The notes under the pieces are model-generated. The model saw only the letters and a list, made by a program, of their open reading frames with translations, was not told where the DNA came from and searched no databases. A DNA stretch of 63,415 nucleotides, filler included, from Octopus bimaculoides (Eukaryota), in the NCBI RefSeq assembly GCF_001194135.2. It is 6 parts of 6 records of this genome, joined end to end, with 100 filler letters (N's around TTAATTAATTAA, not from the genome) between each part and the next. Parts side by side here need not be neighbours in the genome. Positions count along the whole stretch, not along the records: positions 34,866 to 52,567 come from NC_068987.1; 5 more parts are not named here. One strand, 5' to 3'. The stretch's first letter is position 1. Every line of letters begins with the position of its first letter. Below, in pieces: positions 39,082 through 50,816 of the stretch. A program made the translations under genes and the position numbers.

Positions 39082-39148
39082 CGTTTTAACGATGCGTCCT
39101 ACCCGAAGCTCGTCGAAACGCCGGTGTTAAAACGTGGGTAGCTGATGA
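39082..39148 (+). ncRNA. Non-circularly permuted hammerhead-like motif, core intact
   Basis: CGUUUUAAC-GAU-GCGU-C-CUACCC-10nt-GAA-ACGC-CGGU-GUUAAAACG-U-GGGUAG-CUGAUGA-AG. Confidence 0.72.
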
Positions 39149-39293
39149 AGTAGAATGTTCTCTATGTGGCTCGTGTGTTTTCTCGTCTACCTTTGTTTGC
39201 AATGTCCTGTACCCAGATATGCACCTATACATACAGGTGGATGTCGGTATGCACATACCTGTACGTATATATGCATATACTCATTTACTATTT

Positions 39294-39333
<40 letters not shown>

Positions 39334-40013
39334 TTATGTTGTTTTTTATTTTTTTAATAAGCACAGTGTATTTAAGTATCACATTATCGACTACGTCCTT
39401 TTTTCCAATACGGTTGAATGTCATTTAAAGGAAACTAGATTACTATTTCTACCAGGCCAAACGACGATGTAGAATCTTCCTCGTTGGCTTACACGAGCGT
39501 TACAGTGAAAGCTCTCTCCTTCACTTGTACCCGTGTTTAAGTGGTAACAAGATACCTCTCATTATTTGATGTCACCCGTTACATGCACTACTATTCCGCC
39601 AGGTGTTGCATGCAGCATTTTCCACGTGAATATTTGCGCAGTTGTGAGAGCGAACCACTTTTCGTGTCTATGTTGTCAATATGTCTCTGTATAGCAATAA
39701 AAACATTTAATAATCTCTCTCTTTCCCTTGTCCCACACCTTTCTCTCTCTCTCCCTCTCTCGCTATCTGTCTGTCTGTCTCTCTCCGTCTCTCTCTCTCT
39801 CTTTTTCTTTCTCTCTCCTTTTCTCGCTATTTCTCTCTATTTCTTTCTCATTTACTTGTCCCCGCTATCTTTATTTATTTTTTTTTTACTGTATTCTACT
39901 TTTTGCCTTTTATCTTTCTTTTCTTATACTTTCTCTGATTATTTTTCTTTCATTCTACGGATGGCTTCCTTCCTCAATTTCCTTCTCTTTCTTTGCTCAG
40001 TATACACACTCAC

Positions 40014-40069
<56 letters not shown>

Positions 40070-40654
40070 TCATACACGCGATATACAAACAAACACGTTA
40101 TTCACAAACATACACTGTGCCCATAGACGCTATACATACATGCACACAAGTCATATGCAAACATACATACCTGCACAGATACATACATGCATACATTCAC
40201 ACACACACGTATGTACGTTCGTACATTTATTTCTCTGTGAGTTATGATTAAACAGTATGAATACATGCTTAATCGGCACGTCACTATAACGCTTCTGGTA
40301 ATGACTTTTTGATATCTGAGAGCTAAATATTATTTGCTCTGCAAAGAGCAATTACACCGACGTATCATCTATCTAAAAACACTTTCCAAAGGAATAAAAC
40401 TATTCAATATAATAAAAACTACTGTAAGCGACGAAGAGAAATTCTATTATACAGTCTTTACTGAAAAACCTGCGTATGAATGAAAAATCCAGATTTTTAC
40501 ATCAGTAGAAATAGAAGTGAAGAATGTTATTCAATCATGTCATATTTTCAGATAATTGACATATTTTGCTGATTCTTTTATATTTCTTTAGTAAATAACG
40601 TTTTATTTCGGAAGATTTTCCTAGATAATTTTTGTGCATATCAGTGGGGGTGGG

Positions 40655-40713
40655 GTGCGCATTGATGCCGTCGAGAGGTAGGCCCCGAAACGGCGCGCAT
40701 TCTCTCCTGATGA
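40655..40713 (+). ncRNA. Non-circularly permuted hammerhead-like motif, core intact
   Basis: GUGCGC-AUUGAU-GCCGU-C-GAGAG-9nt-GAA-ACGGC-GCGCAU-U-CUCUC-CUGAUGA. Confidence 0.72.
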
Positions 40714-41077
40714 TCCCATACACTTGCTGGCTTCCGGTATGCGGAGTTCTCGACTGCTAGCACTTGCATGTGCAAGTTGTTTGCAAGATAGCAGCCATAA
40801 TAAATGAGATTTTTTTACAGTCATATAATCCTATAATCACAATATTTTATTTTGATATATAATATTTTTAATGTTTGGGGGAAAAGTCGTGAAATATTCC
40901 GAAAGTGTTCATTAAACAAATAACCAACAGGTAAAACACTATTTAAAATGAGTAAAACATTATGTATGTGTGTATTTATGTATGTATGTATGCATGTGTG
41001 TATTTATGTATGTATGTATGTATGTATGTATGTATGCATGCATGTATGTATGCATGCATGTATGTATGTGTGTATGA

Positions 41078-41120
<43 letters not shown>

Positions 41121-41439
41121 TATTTTATATATATATACTTTATTACAAAGCAGCAAAAATATCACAAAATCTGTTACTCAGANNNNNNNNNNNNNNNNNN
41201 NNNNNNNNNNNNNNNNNNNNNNNNNNNNNNNNNNNNNNNNNNNNNNNNNNNNNNNNNNNNNNNNNNNNNNNNNNNNNNNNNNNNNNNNNNNNNNNNNNNN
41301 NNNNNNNNNNNNNNNNNNNNNNNNNNNNNNNNNNNNNNNNNNNNNNNNNNNNNNNNNNNNNNNNNNNNNNNNNNNNNNNNNNNNNNNNNNNNNNNNNNNN
41401 NNNNNNNNNNNNNNNNNNTTTATATTGAGCATAGAGATA

Positions 41440-42070
41440 CCTCTAAAAGGGAGAATTATTATCGTTTATACCGCTTAAGTTTTGTTCACTAATTCCAGCT
41501 TATAATATTTCATTGTTATTTAGTGTATATTTATTAAAACCATAATACCTATTTTTCTTAGAGTACTTAGGGTTTTGGTCACCTACAAATTTATCCAAGT
41601 TATTCTTATTACAGTAGTTATTGTTCGGTCCGTAATATCTTAACTTTTGTTTATAACCGAGTTTCATAAGTTATAATAATCAAAAATTTCCTCATTGTTA
41701 TATCAAAGCTATCGTTAGTATCCTTTCTAATCCAATATTGGTTGTCAAATTTAATAATTGTTTTTCTGGCACCTAAGATAATGCTAATTTCATTCATATT
41801 TAGGTTAGAATTCTTTCTAGCGAACAAAAGGGCTTTGTTTAGTAATATAGGGTTAACTGAAGAATAATAATTATCTTATATCAATTTGTAAAATCATGTT
41901 TCTGTTTTTGCTTTCAATTATATTAAACCAGTGTATTACTTCGTGTGTTCGACGAAAGCTACAACTTTATTGTTTTCCTAACAATCGGTATGTATTTATC
42001 AACCATAGCCTCGCTTCCTTGACCTAGGTCCGACTTATCTTGGCAAATTAATCTTATTTTTTCATTGAAT
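41440..42070 (-). pseudogene. Penelope-like RT fragment (inverted relative to its endonuclease)
   Basis: KIRLICQDKSDLG, EVIHWFN, YSSVNPILLNKALLFA, DSFDITM, then thumb-like LMKLGYKQKLRY and an Asn-rich stretch. Confidence 0.85.
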
Positions 42071-42099
42071 AGCAAAAAATTGAACAGTTTCTATAAGGA

Positions 42100-42720
42100 T
42101 AAAAATAAATGCAACAATGATGAATCACATAACAACCTAAATTTTCCAAATTCCAATGAGCGTCAAATTAGATCTCATAGTGAGGAAAGGGAAGTAACCC
42201 ACGTAACATGTTTTTTTTAAATATAGAATTATTAATGAAAAAATGACGCTAAAGATAAGACTAGTATTAACCACAAATTTATTGAGAAAGATAAAAATAC
42301 TCGTTGTGATTGTAAATTTAAAGATGACTGTAAGCTTAATTTTTGTTGGTAGAAAAATGTTGTATACAGATGCAAGGTAGAAGCGGATGGACTAAATTAC
42401 TATTACATTGGATCCACGGCAAATTTTATTAAACGTTGAAACGCCAACCAGAAAACATATTTAGAAACAAAAATAAATCAAATTCCACCAGTTTTAGTAA
42501 ATTCATTTGGGTATTAAATGGTTAAAATAAGGATTTTAACCTCAAGTAGGAAACTATCAGCCATGTTAGATCCTATAAAGTGAATGACACCCGTTGTGAT
42601 CTTTGTATTGAAGTGATCTTCCAAATTTTAAAATCTAAACGCAAAGTTCTTAACTGTAAACGTGAATCTAGTTTAGCATGTACGCACTCATATAAATTTG
42701 TATTTAAAAACTACAAATAA
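42100..42720 (+). pseudogene. Penelope-like linker and GIY-YIG endonuclease, decayed
   Basis: CDCKFKDDC, NVVYRCKV, YYIGSTANFIKR, STSFSKFIW, CDLC, LNCKRE, CTHSYKF*. Confidence 0.85.
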
Positions 42721-43342
42721 ATAAGAATAAAATAAAGCATTAACTTGGGTAAAATATAAATTGGATATTTTCATAAACATAAATATGTTTTATAAAGTAC
42801 GATTATAATAAAATTGTATGAGGTTATGTGGAATAAAATAACAATAATTAATTATTAGCTATTACTTCGTATGTTATAATCGTATAGAAATATTTGTTAT
42901 AGTAATAGTAATAAAGTTCCCGAATATGGGCTTCCATAATTTTGTCTAATGATAGAAATGTATGCAATGCATATTCTGATGACGTAGAATACGAATAGCT
43001 TAACTACAAACTTACTACAGTAAGTTTGTAGTTTTCAATTGTATCACGTGCTCAAACATATTAACGCACATACGCATATATGAAATATAAATGAAAGATG
43101 TAAATTATCAACCCGCACACGCGTAAATAATTTTAACGCACACGTGCACACAAATAAATAGAAACAAAAGCATAATTGCTATTTAAAGATGCAAGTTTTT
43201 AATTTGAATTTATTAGTTTGTAATTGATCGAGTCAACTATGGAACCAAATGTAAGTTACAGAGAATTTTGACAAAATGTAAATGAATTGAATTTTATTAG
43301 TTAAAACTCCATTTTCTCCTTATAATATTATATATACATATA

Positions 43343-43374
<32 letters not shown>

Positions 43375-43677
43375 NNNNNNNNNNNNNNNNNNNNNNNNNN
43401 NNNNNNNNNNNNNNNNNNNNNNNNNNNNNNNNNNNNNNNNNNNNNNNNNNNNNNNNNNNNNNNNNNNNNNNNNNNNNNNNNNNNNNNNNNNNNNNNNNNN
43501 NNNNNNNNNNNNNNNNNNNNNNNNNNNNNNNNNNNNNNNNNNNNNNNNNNNNNNNNNNNNNNNNNNNNNNNNNNNNNNNNNNNNNNNNNNNNNNNNNNNN
43601 NNNNNNNNNNNNNNNNNNNNNNNGAGGTGCATACATACATACATACATACATACATACCTGCATACATAAATGGTGA

Positions 43678-44027
43678 GTACTCTGTCGTTTACAACAGCG
43701 AGTCTACTAGTTAATCCAATCAGGGGAACAACCTGCCTGTGAAATTAATGTGAAAGTGGTTCAGCAATCCACAAACATGCGTACCCTTAACGTAGTTCTC
43801 AAGGATATTCAGCGTGACACAGAATGTGACAAGGCAGGCTCTTTGAGATGCAAGTATCATCTGTATTTAGTACATTTATTTCAAAGGACCAACTTTGTGC
43901 AACTAATTTTTGGTAGCTGAGTGAAATGAAGTGTCTCAATCAAGGACACAAGGTGCCACCGGGAATCAAACTCACGACCATACGATCGGAAACCGAATAC
44001 CCTATCCACTAAAACACACGCCTTCAA
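43678..44027 (-). mobile_element. SINE family D (CORE-like GTGTCCTTGA box), full length
   Basis: tRNA-like head GTGAGTTTGATTCCCGG; partial copy at ~53625-53722. Confidence 0.8.
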
Positions 44028-44157
44028 CATACGTACATACATACATATATACATACATATATGTGTATATACATATATGTGTATGTATCTTTCTCTCTCT
44101 CACTCTCTCTCCATCTCTATATACATATATATGTGTGTGTATGTGTGTGTGCTTGTT

Positions 44158-44220
<63 letters not shown>

Positions 44221-44883
44221 NNNNNNNNNNNNNNNNNNNNNNNNNNNNNNNNNNNNNNNNNNNNNNNNNNNNNNNNNNNNNNNNNNNNNNNNNNNNNNNN
44301 NNNNNNNNNNNNNNNNNNNNNNNNNNNNNNNNNNNNNNNNNNNNNNNNNNNNNNNNNNNNNNNNNNNNNNNNNNNNNNNNNNNNNNNNNNNNNNNNNNNN
44401 NNNNNNNNNNNNNNNNNNNNNNNNNNNNNNNNNNNNNNNNNNNNNNNNNNNNNNNNNNNNNNNNNNNNNNNNNNNNNNNNNNNNNNNNNNNNNNNNNNNN
44501 NNNNNNNNNNNNNNNNNNNNNNNNNNNNNNNNNNNNNNNNNNNNNNNNNNNNNNNNNNNNNNNNNNNNNNNNNNNNNNNNNNNNNNNNNNNNNNNNNNNN
44601 NNNNNNNNNNNNNNNNNNNNNNNNNNNNNNNNNNNNNNNNNNNNNNNNNNNNNNNNNNNNNNNNNNNNNNNNNNNNNNNNNNNNNNNNNNNNNNNNNNNN
44701 NNNNNNNNNNNNNNNNNNNNNNNNNNNNNNNNNNNNNNNNNNNNNNNNNNNNNNNNNNNNNNNNNNNNNNNNNNNNNNNNNNNNNNNNNNNNNNNNNNNN
44801 NNNNNNNNNNNNNNNNNNNNNNNNNNNNNNNNNNNNNNNNNNNNNNNNNNNNNNNNNNNNNNNNNNNNNNNNNNNNNNNNNTT

Positions 44884-44914
<31 letters not shown>

Positions 44915-45399
44915 GATAATCTTTATATCCAACTTAACATGGATGCTTTGTTAGAACATAGAATACTGCGTTATTAACATTGAGGGATGCTCTCATATAG
45001 GCGCTTGCTGCATAAAATCACATACATAGATCGTACTTGACGAAATTTGTCATGGCCGCTCGGATTCAAATCTCGCTGCTACGATATATGGAAGTTCAGC
45101 ATCTTTTCAGAAGCTGACGTTGCAAATAGCCAACAGGCTTATTAAAAATTAATTATTAGCATCAGAGGCAGAGTTAATTTTTAGTAAGCCTGCAGGCTTT
45201 GCGCGTGTGAGCGTGTGTGTGTGTGTTTGTGTGTGCGTATGTGTGTGTGTGTGTGTTCAGCTTTTACTTAGATGATGGCTGGATAAGTTCATATAATATG
45301 AATAGTCAGACCATAGATTTAGCACGGATTTAATATGAATATATTCAAGCAGTTCCGATTCAGCATTATTTACTTCAGCTACATCCAACAATTTTGACA

Positions 45400-46190
45400 C
45401 AACAATAGGCTTTAATAAAAGCAAACATTAGCCTCCCAAAGTGCAAATTAGGACACTGCTTGACCTACCTATTACCAGAATACAATCAGAAAGAGGAAAG
45501 TCACCTTTAGATATCACTACAAATGTACTCGTGATTTTTATAGTTTGAATAAGGCCTCATTTCTCACCGTCGCTCAAATACCAAAAGCTCTTTAATATAT
45601 ATATAATGCTGAGTACAGTTATTCTTGTTTTAGCAACATAGTTTCTTAGATCAAATGCTCCGAACATAAACACACTATCATAAAAGACAGCAACTCATCA
45701 ACAAACTTGTTGCAATTAAGATCCAACCAGCTGACCGCTCAAGGGCCTCTAATTCACCACAGAAGTATAGACAGAACAAATATAACACTATTACACACCA
45801 TTAAAAATATAATAACATGGGTCTAACTGCAAACACTTTTAAGAGCCGTTTCATTTAACATATATGATGTTCAGATCATCAGATCAATGAATAAGGAAAT
45901 TTCACATCTCAAGCAATTTGTCTGGAAACTCAATACCAAGAACTAACACAACCCCCAGTATTATGAAGCATCTTATATAGAAATGCTTTGTAATTTAACA
46001 GGTCATGAAACTGTAGATTTTGTTCTATTGATCATATTTTAATGGATTTCGGAACGGTAGGCTATACCTACCTGAATGGTAAAAGTAATAATGAGACAAT
46101 CTGTAACATACTTAACAAGAATTTAGGAGAATTATCAAATTGCTGCCACAAGCCACAACAATTCAGCTTCAGCCAGCTCCATGGCGTAAT
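45400..46190 (+). pseudogene. Penelope-like thumb/linker/GIY-YIG fragment, heavily decayed
   Basis: RKRKV, YSYSCFSNI, MGLTANTFKSRF, FVWKL, LNKNLGELSNCCH across frameshifts. Confidence 0.7.
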
Positions 46191-46454
46191 TATCTTTACA
46201 AAGATAGATTTGCACAGAATTGTCACCTTCGGCAATAAAATAACACCAGAGCAGAAAGTTTAAGTATCTATAATTCTGTATCAAATCTGTTTGTGTGAGC
46301 AAAACAATTAAAACCAACATTACAAATTGCCTAGAGAAATATAATATTCCACTAATGTGTGTGTAGCTGTGTATATATATATATATATCTCACATAAGTA
46401 TGTGCACTCCTAAAATCTTTCAATAAAATTGCCATTACTCTGATATCGAAGGAA

Positions 46455-46566
46455 ATCAAACGAGATTTATACTGAGTAAAATATTTACATTTTTTACATT
46501 TGACGGATATTTGCCCTCATCTTGTTTGTTGTTAACACAACGTTTTGGCTGATATACCCTCCAGCC
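46455..46566 (-). mobile_element. PLE terminal-repeat-like piece with 3' half of a type-I hammerhead, truncated by the adjacent element
   Basis: Minus: GGCUG(GAGGGUAUAU)CAGCC-AAAAC-GU-U-GUGUU; the CUGANGA half is missing at the junction. Confidence 0.5.
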
Positions 46567-48575
46567 ATAAAGGCAGTACATAGACTAGCTGCGGTCCGGA
46601 CTACACATTAATGAATGAAAATGAAATGACATAAAATGAATAAATGAGAGACGAAACCCAACGCCCGCCGATTGGGTTTTTCTCGAAAACATATTTTCTT
46701 TTTTTTAAAAATCAATGAGTTTTCAAACCTCTTACAAAAAGGAGGCACTAAAACCTCTTACTTAACATTTTTTAAAAACACAATTAAGGTTTTAAACCAC
46801 TGCAAATAATGCAATAAGATGCGGTTTCAAGCCCTTTTAACGAGGCTTTTTCACCTCCTATTCATTGATATATCTATCAATTTATCTATCATTATCTTCA
46901 GTGCCGCTTGAGTTCCCGTACCCCGCCATTTCCCATGCCTCATTCATGTACGAAGTATATGCCATGTTAGGGCCAACTGGCCATATGCGACAATCCTCTT
47001 TAAGTATGCTAAGCTTTTCCCACACGGAAATCCTTATGACCTCCACAGCTATCTGTGGAGGCCACTCCCGATCCGTGTCCAGGCCATATCTACTGTCTCT
47101 TTATGTTCTACTATTTTTTGCACCTCCCCGCCCTTGTAGAAAAAGATAAGTAATTCTTCATCTTTAGGGGTGGGAGCTATTTCGTCCACCGTAGGTGGCA
47201 CAACTTCGGGACATGCAGACGGCACATCGTCGTCCACCTGCAATGACCCGTTCTTCTTTCTCTTTTTTTCCTTTTCTTTCTGACTTCGGAAAAGTGGAGC
47301 TCTTCCGCTTTGTCCAGAGTCTCTCCCCCACCTCCCGAAGCCTTAGGGTCCTTCGGTGGGAAACCATTGTCCTGGTCCTGGGATCAGTTCTTTTTAATAT
47401 GGCCTGTCTCCAGGCACGAGTGACACTTGGGGGCGTCCCTCAAATATCACCGGATACCTGCAGCCAGCCATTTTAAAAAAGTCTGGAAAGACTATTTCGG
47501 CCGCGGCCGATGGTCTCCACAGGGTCAAAATCGCTTTTGATCCCTTCCAATCGGTCGCCACCGTCACTTTTACATTTATGAGCCTGGGTCCGCTATCCCC
47601 CACGCCCTACCGGATGGTATCTCCAACCCACCCCGCTTCGGTGCCCGGGAGTAGACCACATACTCAGGCTCTTATCACCTTCCTCCCACAGTATGTGGGA
47701 AGGAACAATATTAATTCCCCTTCTAGGGGCTGGCTTGCAGCAATGCAAGCTTCCTCAGAGGTGTCAAAAAGCAACCACACCGTTGCATATTTGACACACC
47801 CTGGACACAAAAAAATTTTGCCAGCTCTTTATCAATAATATCTCTATTGAAGTGGGTGATGGCGTCACGCGACCTAGAATAGGTCCGTAATACCACCGTC
47901 CTCTTCTGAAGGCCTTCAAGCCACTGCTTGGGTGCGACAATCTCCCACTCCAAAGCAGTAGTCTTCTCTTTTAACTTTTTTCCTGCGATTACTAAATATT
48001 CAAATAGGAAATAATTGTTCATAAAAAAAAGTCTCAAAATGATGACAGTTCAGAAAAAGCGAGATAGTTCAGTAAACGAAACAGAAACAAAAAAAAAAGC
48101 GAAGAAGAGAAAAACAAGAAAAACAATTCAAGGAAAAAGTAAAGAAAGAGAATTTTTTTAAAGGAAAAACACAGAATCCTCGGCAGGAACAAAATGGGCT
48201 ACACCGTACTCCAGCCCTGACTTGAACTGGTACTTCGTTGCAGTCAAATAAACAAACAATAGTCCTGGTCCGTAATCCAGCGACCGAAGTGAAAAAAATC
48301 TTTAAATGGTTTTTGCTTGTTGAACTTGGTTATTTCATAGAAACGCCCACCAGCAGCCAGCTACACACATTATGCCTGGAACAGGCAACAATTCAATCGA
48401 ATTTTTGACACCGCCAAGCACAAGCAAAATGCCCCAGATCTGGGCAGAATATACTGTAAAAATAAAAGCAGAATACTACGCAGCTCACGAAAAGGTAAAT
48501 TCGCTTACCCTGACAGTGTCCTCTGTTCTTTCGACGGAGCTCTGAGCTACACATCTATCTTCAATGGTAACCGGA
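46567..48575 (-). mobile_element. ~2-kb ORF1-only Tx1/L1-like element (HAL1-like architecture)
   Basis: 5'UTR ~500 bp, decayed ORF 48022-46882, ~300-bp 3'UTR with 8-bp stem-loop 46654-46679 and CATT-rich tail; no ORF2 seen. Confidence 0.55.
46882..48022 (-). pseudogene. LINE ORF1-like protein (RRM-like regions, degenerate knuckle), ~380 codons with frameshifts/stops
   Basis: WEIVAPKQWLEGLQKRTVVLRTYSR, KYATVWLLFDTSEEA, FLPTYCGRKVIR, AGCRYPVIFEGRPQV, C-terminus ..MAGYGNSSGTEDNDR*. Confidence 0.6.
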
Positions 48576-49639
48576 AGTAGACTGCCAACACAAACTTGGT
48601 AAGCAAGCTACTTACAACAGCCACTCCTGCGCCTAGAGAATATCTGAATTTAGTAAAATATCTGAATTTAGTAAAAAAAATAGTGGATAAAGTACTGAAT
48701 ATAGCAAATTTCCTTTAGGGTGTACATATTTTGTAATGTTTGAAAATTAATATTTCTTTCATATCTTTGAANNNNNNNNNNATATATATATAATATTATG
48801 ATACTTATGTATGTATATTGTGTGTGCGCGTCTGTATGACTGCGTATTAATGATAGTAGAATAGGAGGTTGGTGAGAAATTAGAAGCTGTAATTCATAAA
48901 ACTGAACAATGGGAACGATTGGGAGCTAAATTGGGAGAGAGAAATATAGTGAAAGAGATGGGGGAGGTAGTGAAAGAGTCATCTAGACATAGACAGAAAA
49001 ACCACAAGAGAAAAAAAGGAAGAGTTTGAACATATATAATAATGAATGGAAAGGTTATACATGCAAGCAGATACATACAGGAACACGCATATGTACACAC
49101 ACAGACACACTCACACACAAACACACACACATACACACAATCAAGCGAATGCACATACATGCAAAATTATTGGCAGATATATACATGATTGCTAAAAAGT
49201 TATCATACTTAGAAATGTGTTGGCTTCCACTATATATGTATGCATGTATGTATGTCATTATTTAGTTTTATTTCAAGATTTCATACCAATAAAGAGCCGG
49301 TTTCTAACTTAGATCCAAGGCTCCTTTATTGGAATATCAACAGCCTCAACAGGATATTTTTCAGGTAGGTGTGAAGTAATTGGAGTCAGTGCATGTGCAG
49401 ATTTGTATGTTTTGTTTTATGTATGTATTCTTATGCATATAGTTGCATGTTTAGGCATGCACACATATATACTTAAATGAAAAACTTTTAGAAAGTTTTA
49501 TAGATTTTAACAGTTTCAGTGATGGCTTGGATCTGTAGTCTTCGAACTATCTTTCTCCTTTCTGGTTTTGAGAAAACTAATTTTTCAATATTGGTACTTA
49601 GGTAGTGTGTTACATATCTCAGTACCCCAATAATTACAG

Positions 49640-49682
49640 GTTACTCTACCCAGACCTGAACTTGCAATCTGGGTAGAGTAAC
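49640..49682. repeat. Perfect 15-bp inverted repeat, 13-nt loop
   Basis: GTTACTCTACCCAGA / TCTGGGTAGAGTAAC. Confidence 0.9.
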
Positions 49683-49858
49683 TACATTTCTTCATAGCTC
49701 AGCGTAGGTATATATGGGGTTCCTGTGTATGTGGGTAGGACTTCAAATTGCATTCGTTAATGGTGCCCTAGTTTTGGAGTTTGGGAGTGCCAAGGCTTGT
49801 GGAATGTGAAACCGCCTTTTTTCCACTATTACTCCCAGATATACTCTAATCTGAAGTA

Positions 49859-50816
49859 CACTGCGTCCCACATTACTAGGCAAATCAACCGTCTCTTAAT
49901 AAATAAATGTCCAGTTCTTTTCCCACTGACTGTTGGCACCACCTATCTGTGCACGTCTTGTTAAAATAAATCGGATCTGTGGAGACGAAAACAAACGGCA
50001 GCCATTATCGTGTAGCAGCAACATTTCTGCTGTCTCAAATTATGCCCGATTTAAGTGTCATTATGGTCAGAAACGTGAAGTCTACCATAGTGCCAGAACT
50101 TGAAAAGGAAAAGTAACCATAGAAATATCAAAAATACTGGGAGATCGCCGAACTTTGAAGATATTTTGTACATTCTCCTATTTCTGACCGGCCGAGGGTA
50201 GCTAAGAATAAGACGAGGGTTGTTTCGACTAGTACTTTGTTACGTGTGAAAAAGGAAGTTGGGCGGAACCTATGTCCTGGAGTGTCCTGAAGAGGTGCGT
50301 TTACCAAGATGGATGGCAGTTTTCAAGTAAAGTTGCCCTCTGGGATGCTATTGCAGATGCTGCTCAAAGCATGATACAAGAGGATATCATCGCCTTAACA
50401 GATTCAATGGATCAGCGCATGAGGAAGTTTATTGCATATGGAGGATCATACATCAAACATTAGGAGCTGTAAGACATCATAATCCCATGATTATTTTCAT
50501 ACGAACTTATTATGTTTACCATTAAGTCCTTTATTAATAATTTTTTGTTAATCCTTTACTATTGAATTAAATAAACGTTTGTTCTGACACAATTATCATT
50601 TTTATTGTACTTGCGTAGTAAATTGTGACGGTGAAAATGTTGCCCAATCACAAAAATGGTCACCATTTATTGGTGTCTGCACGGATCCGGTTTATTTTAA
50701 CAGAATGTGCGCAGATAGGCGTTGCTAACAGTCAGTGGGAAAACAACTGGTTTTTAACGAATATACATTTATTTATTGAGAGAAGGTTGATTTACCTAAT
50801 AATGTGGGACGCAGTG
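49859..50816 (+). mobile_element. Internally deleted Tc1-like transposon with ~180-bp TIRs and TA TSD
   Basis: TA-CACTGCGTCCCACATTA.. / ..TAATGTGGGACGCAGTG-TA; inverted similarity continues ~180 bp; transposase C-terminus retained. Confidence 0.88.
50272..50463 (+). pseudogene. Tc1 transposase C-terminus
   Basis: WSVLKRCVYQDGWQFSSKVALWDAI..LTDSMDQRMRKFIAYGGSYIKH*. Confidence 0.85.

Noticed and set aside
42969-43001. CTGATGA-C-GTA(GAA)TAC-GAAT as a type-I hammerhead
   Set aside because: GAAA is mutated and there is no stem I partner; at best a relic.
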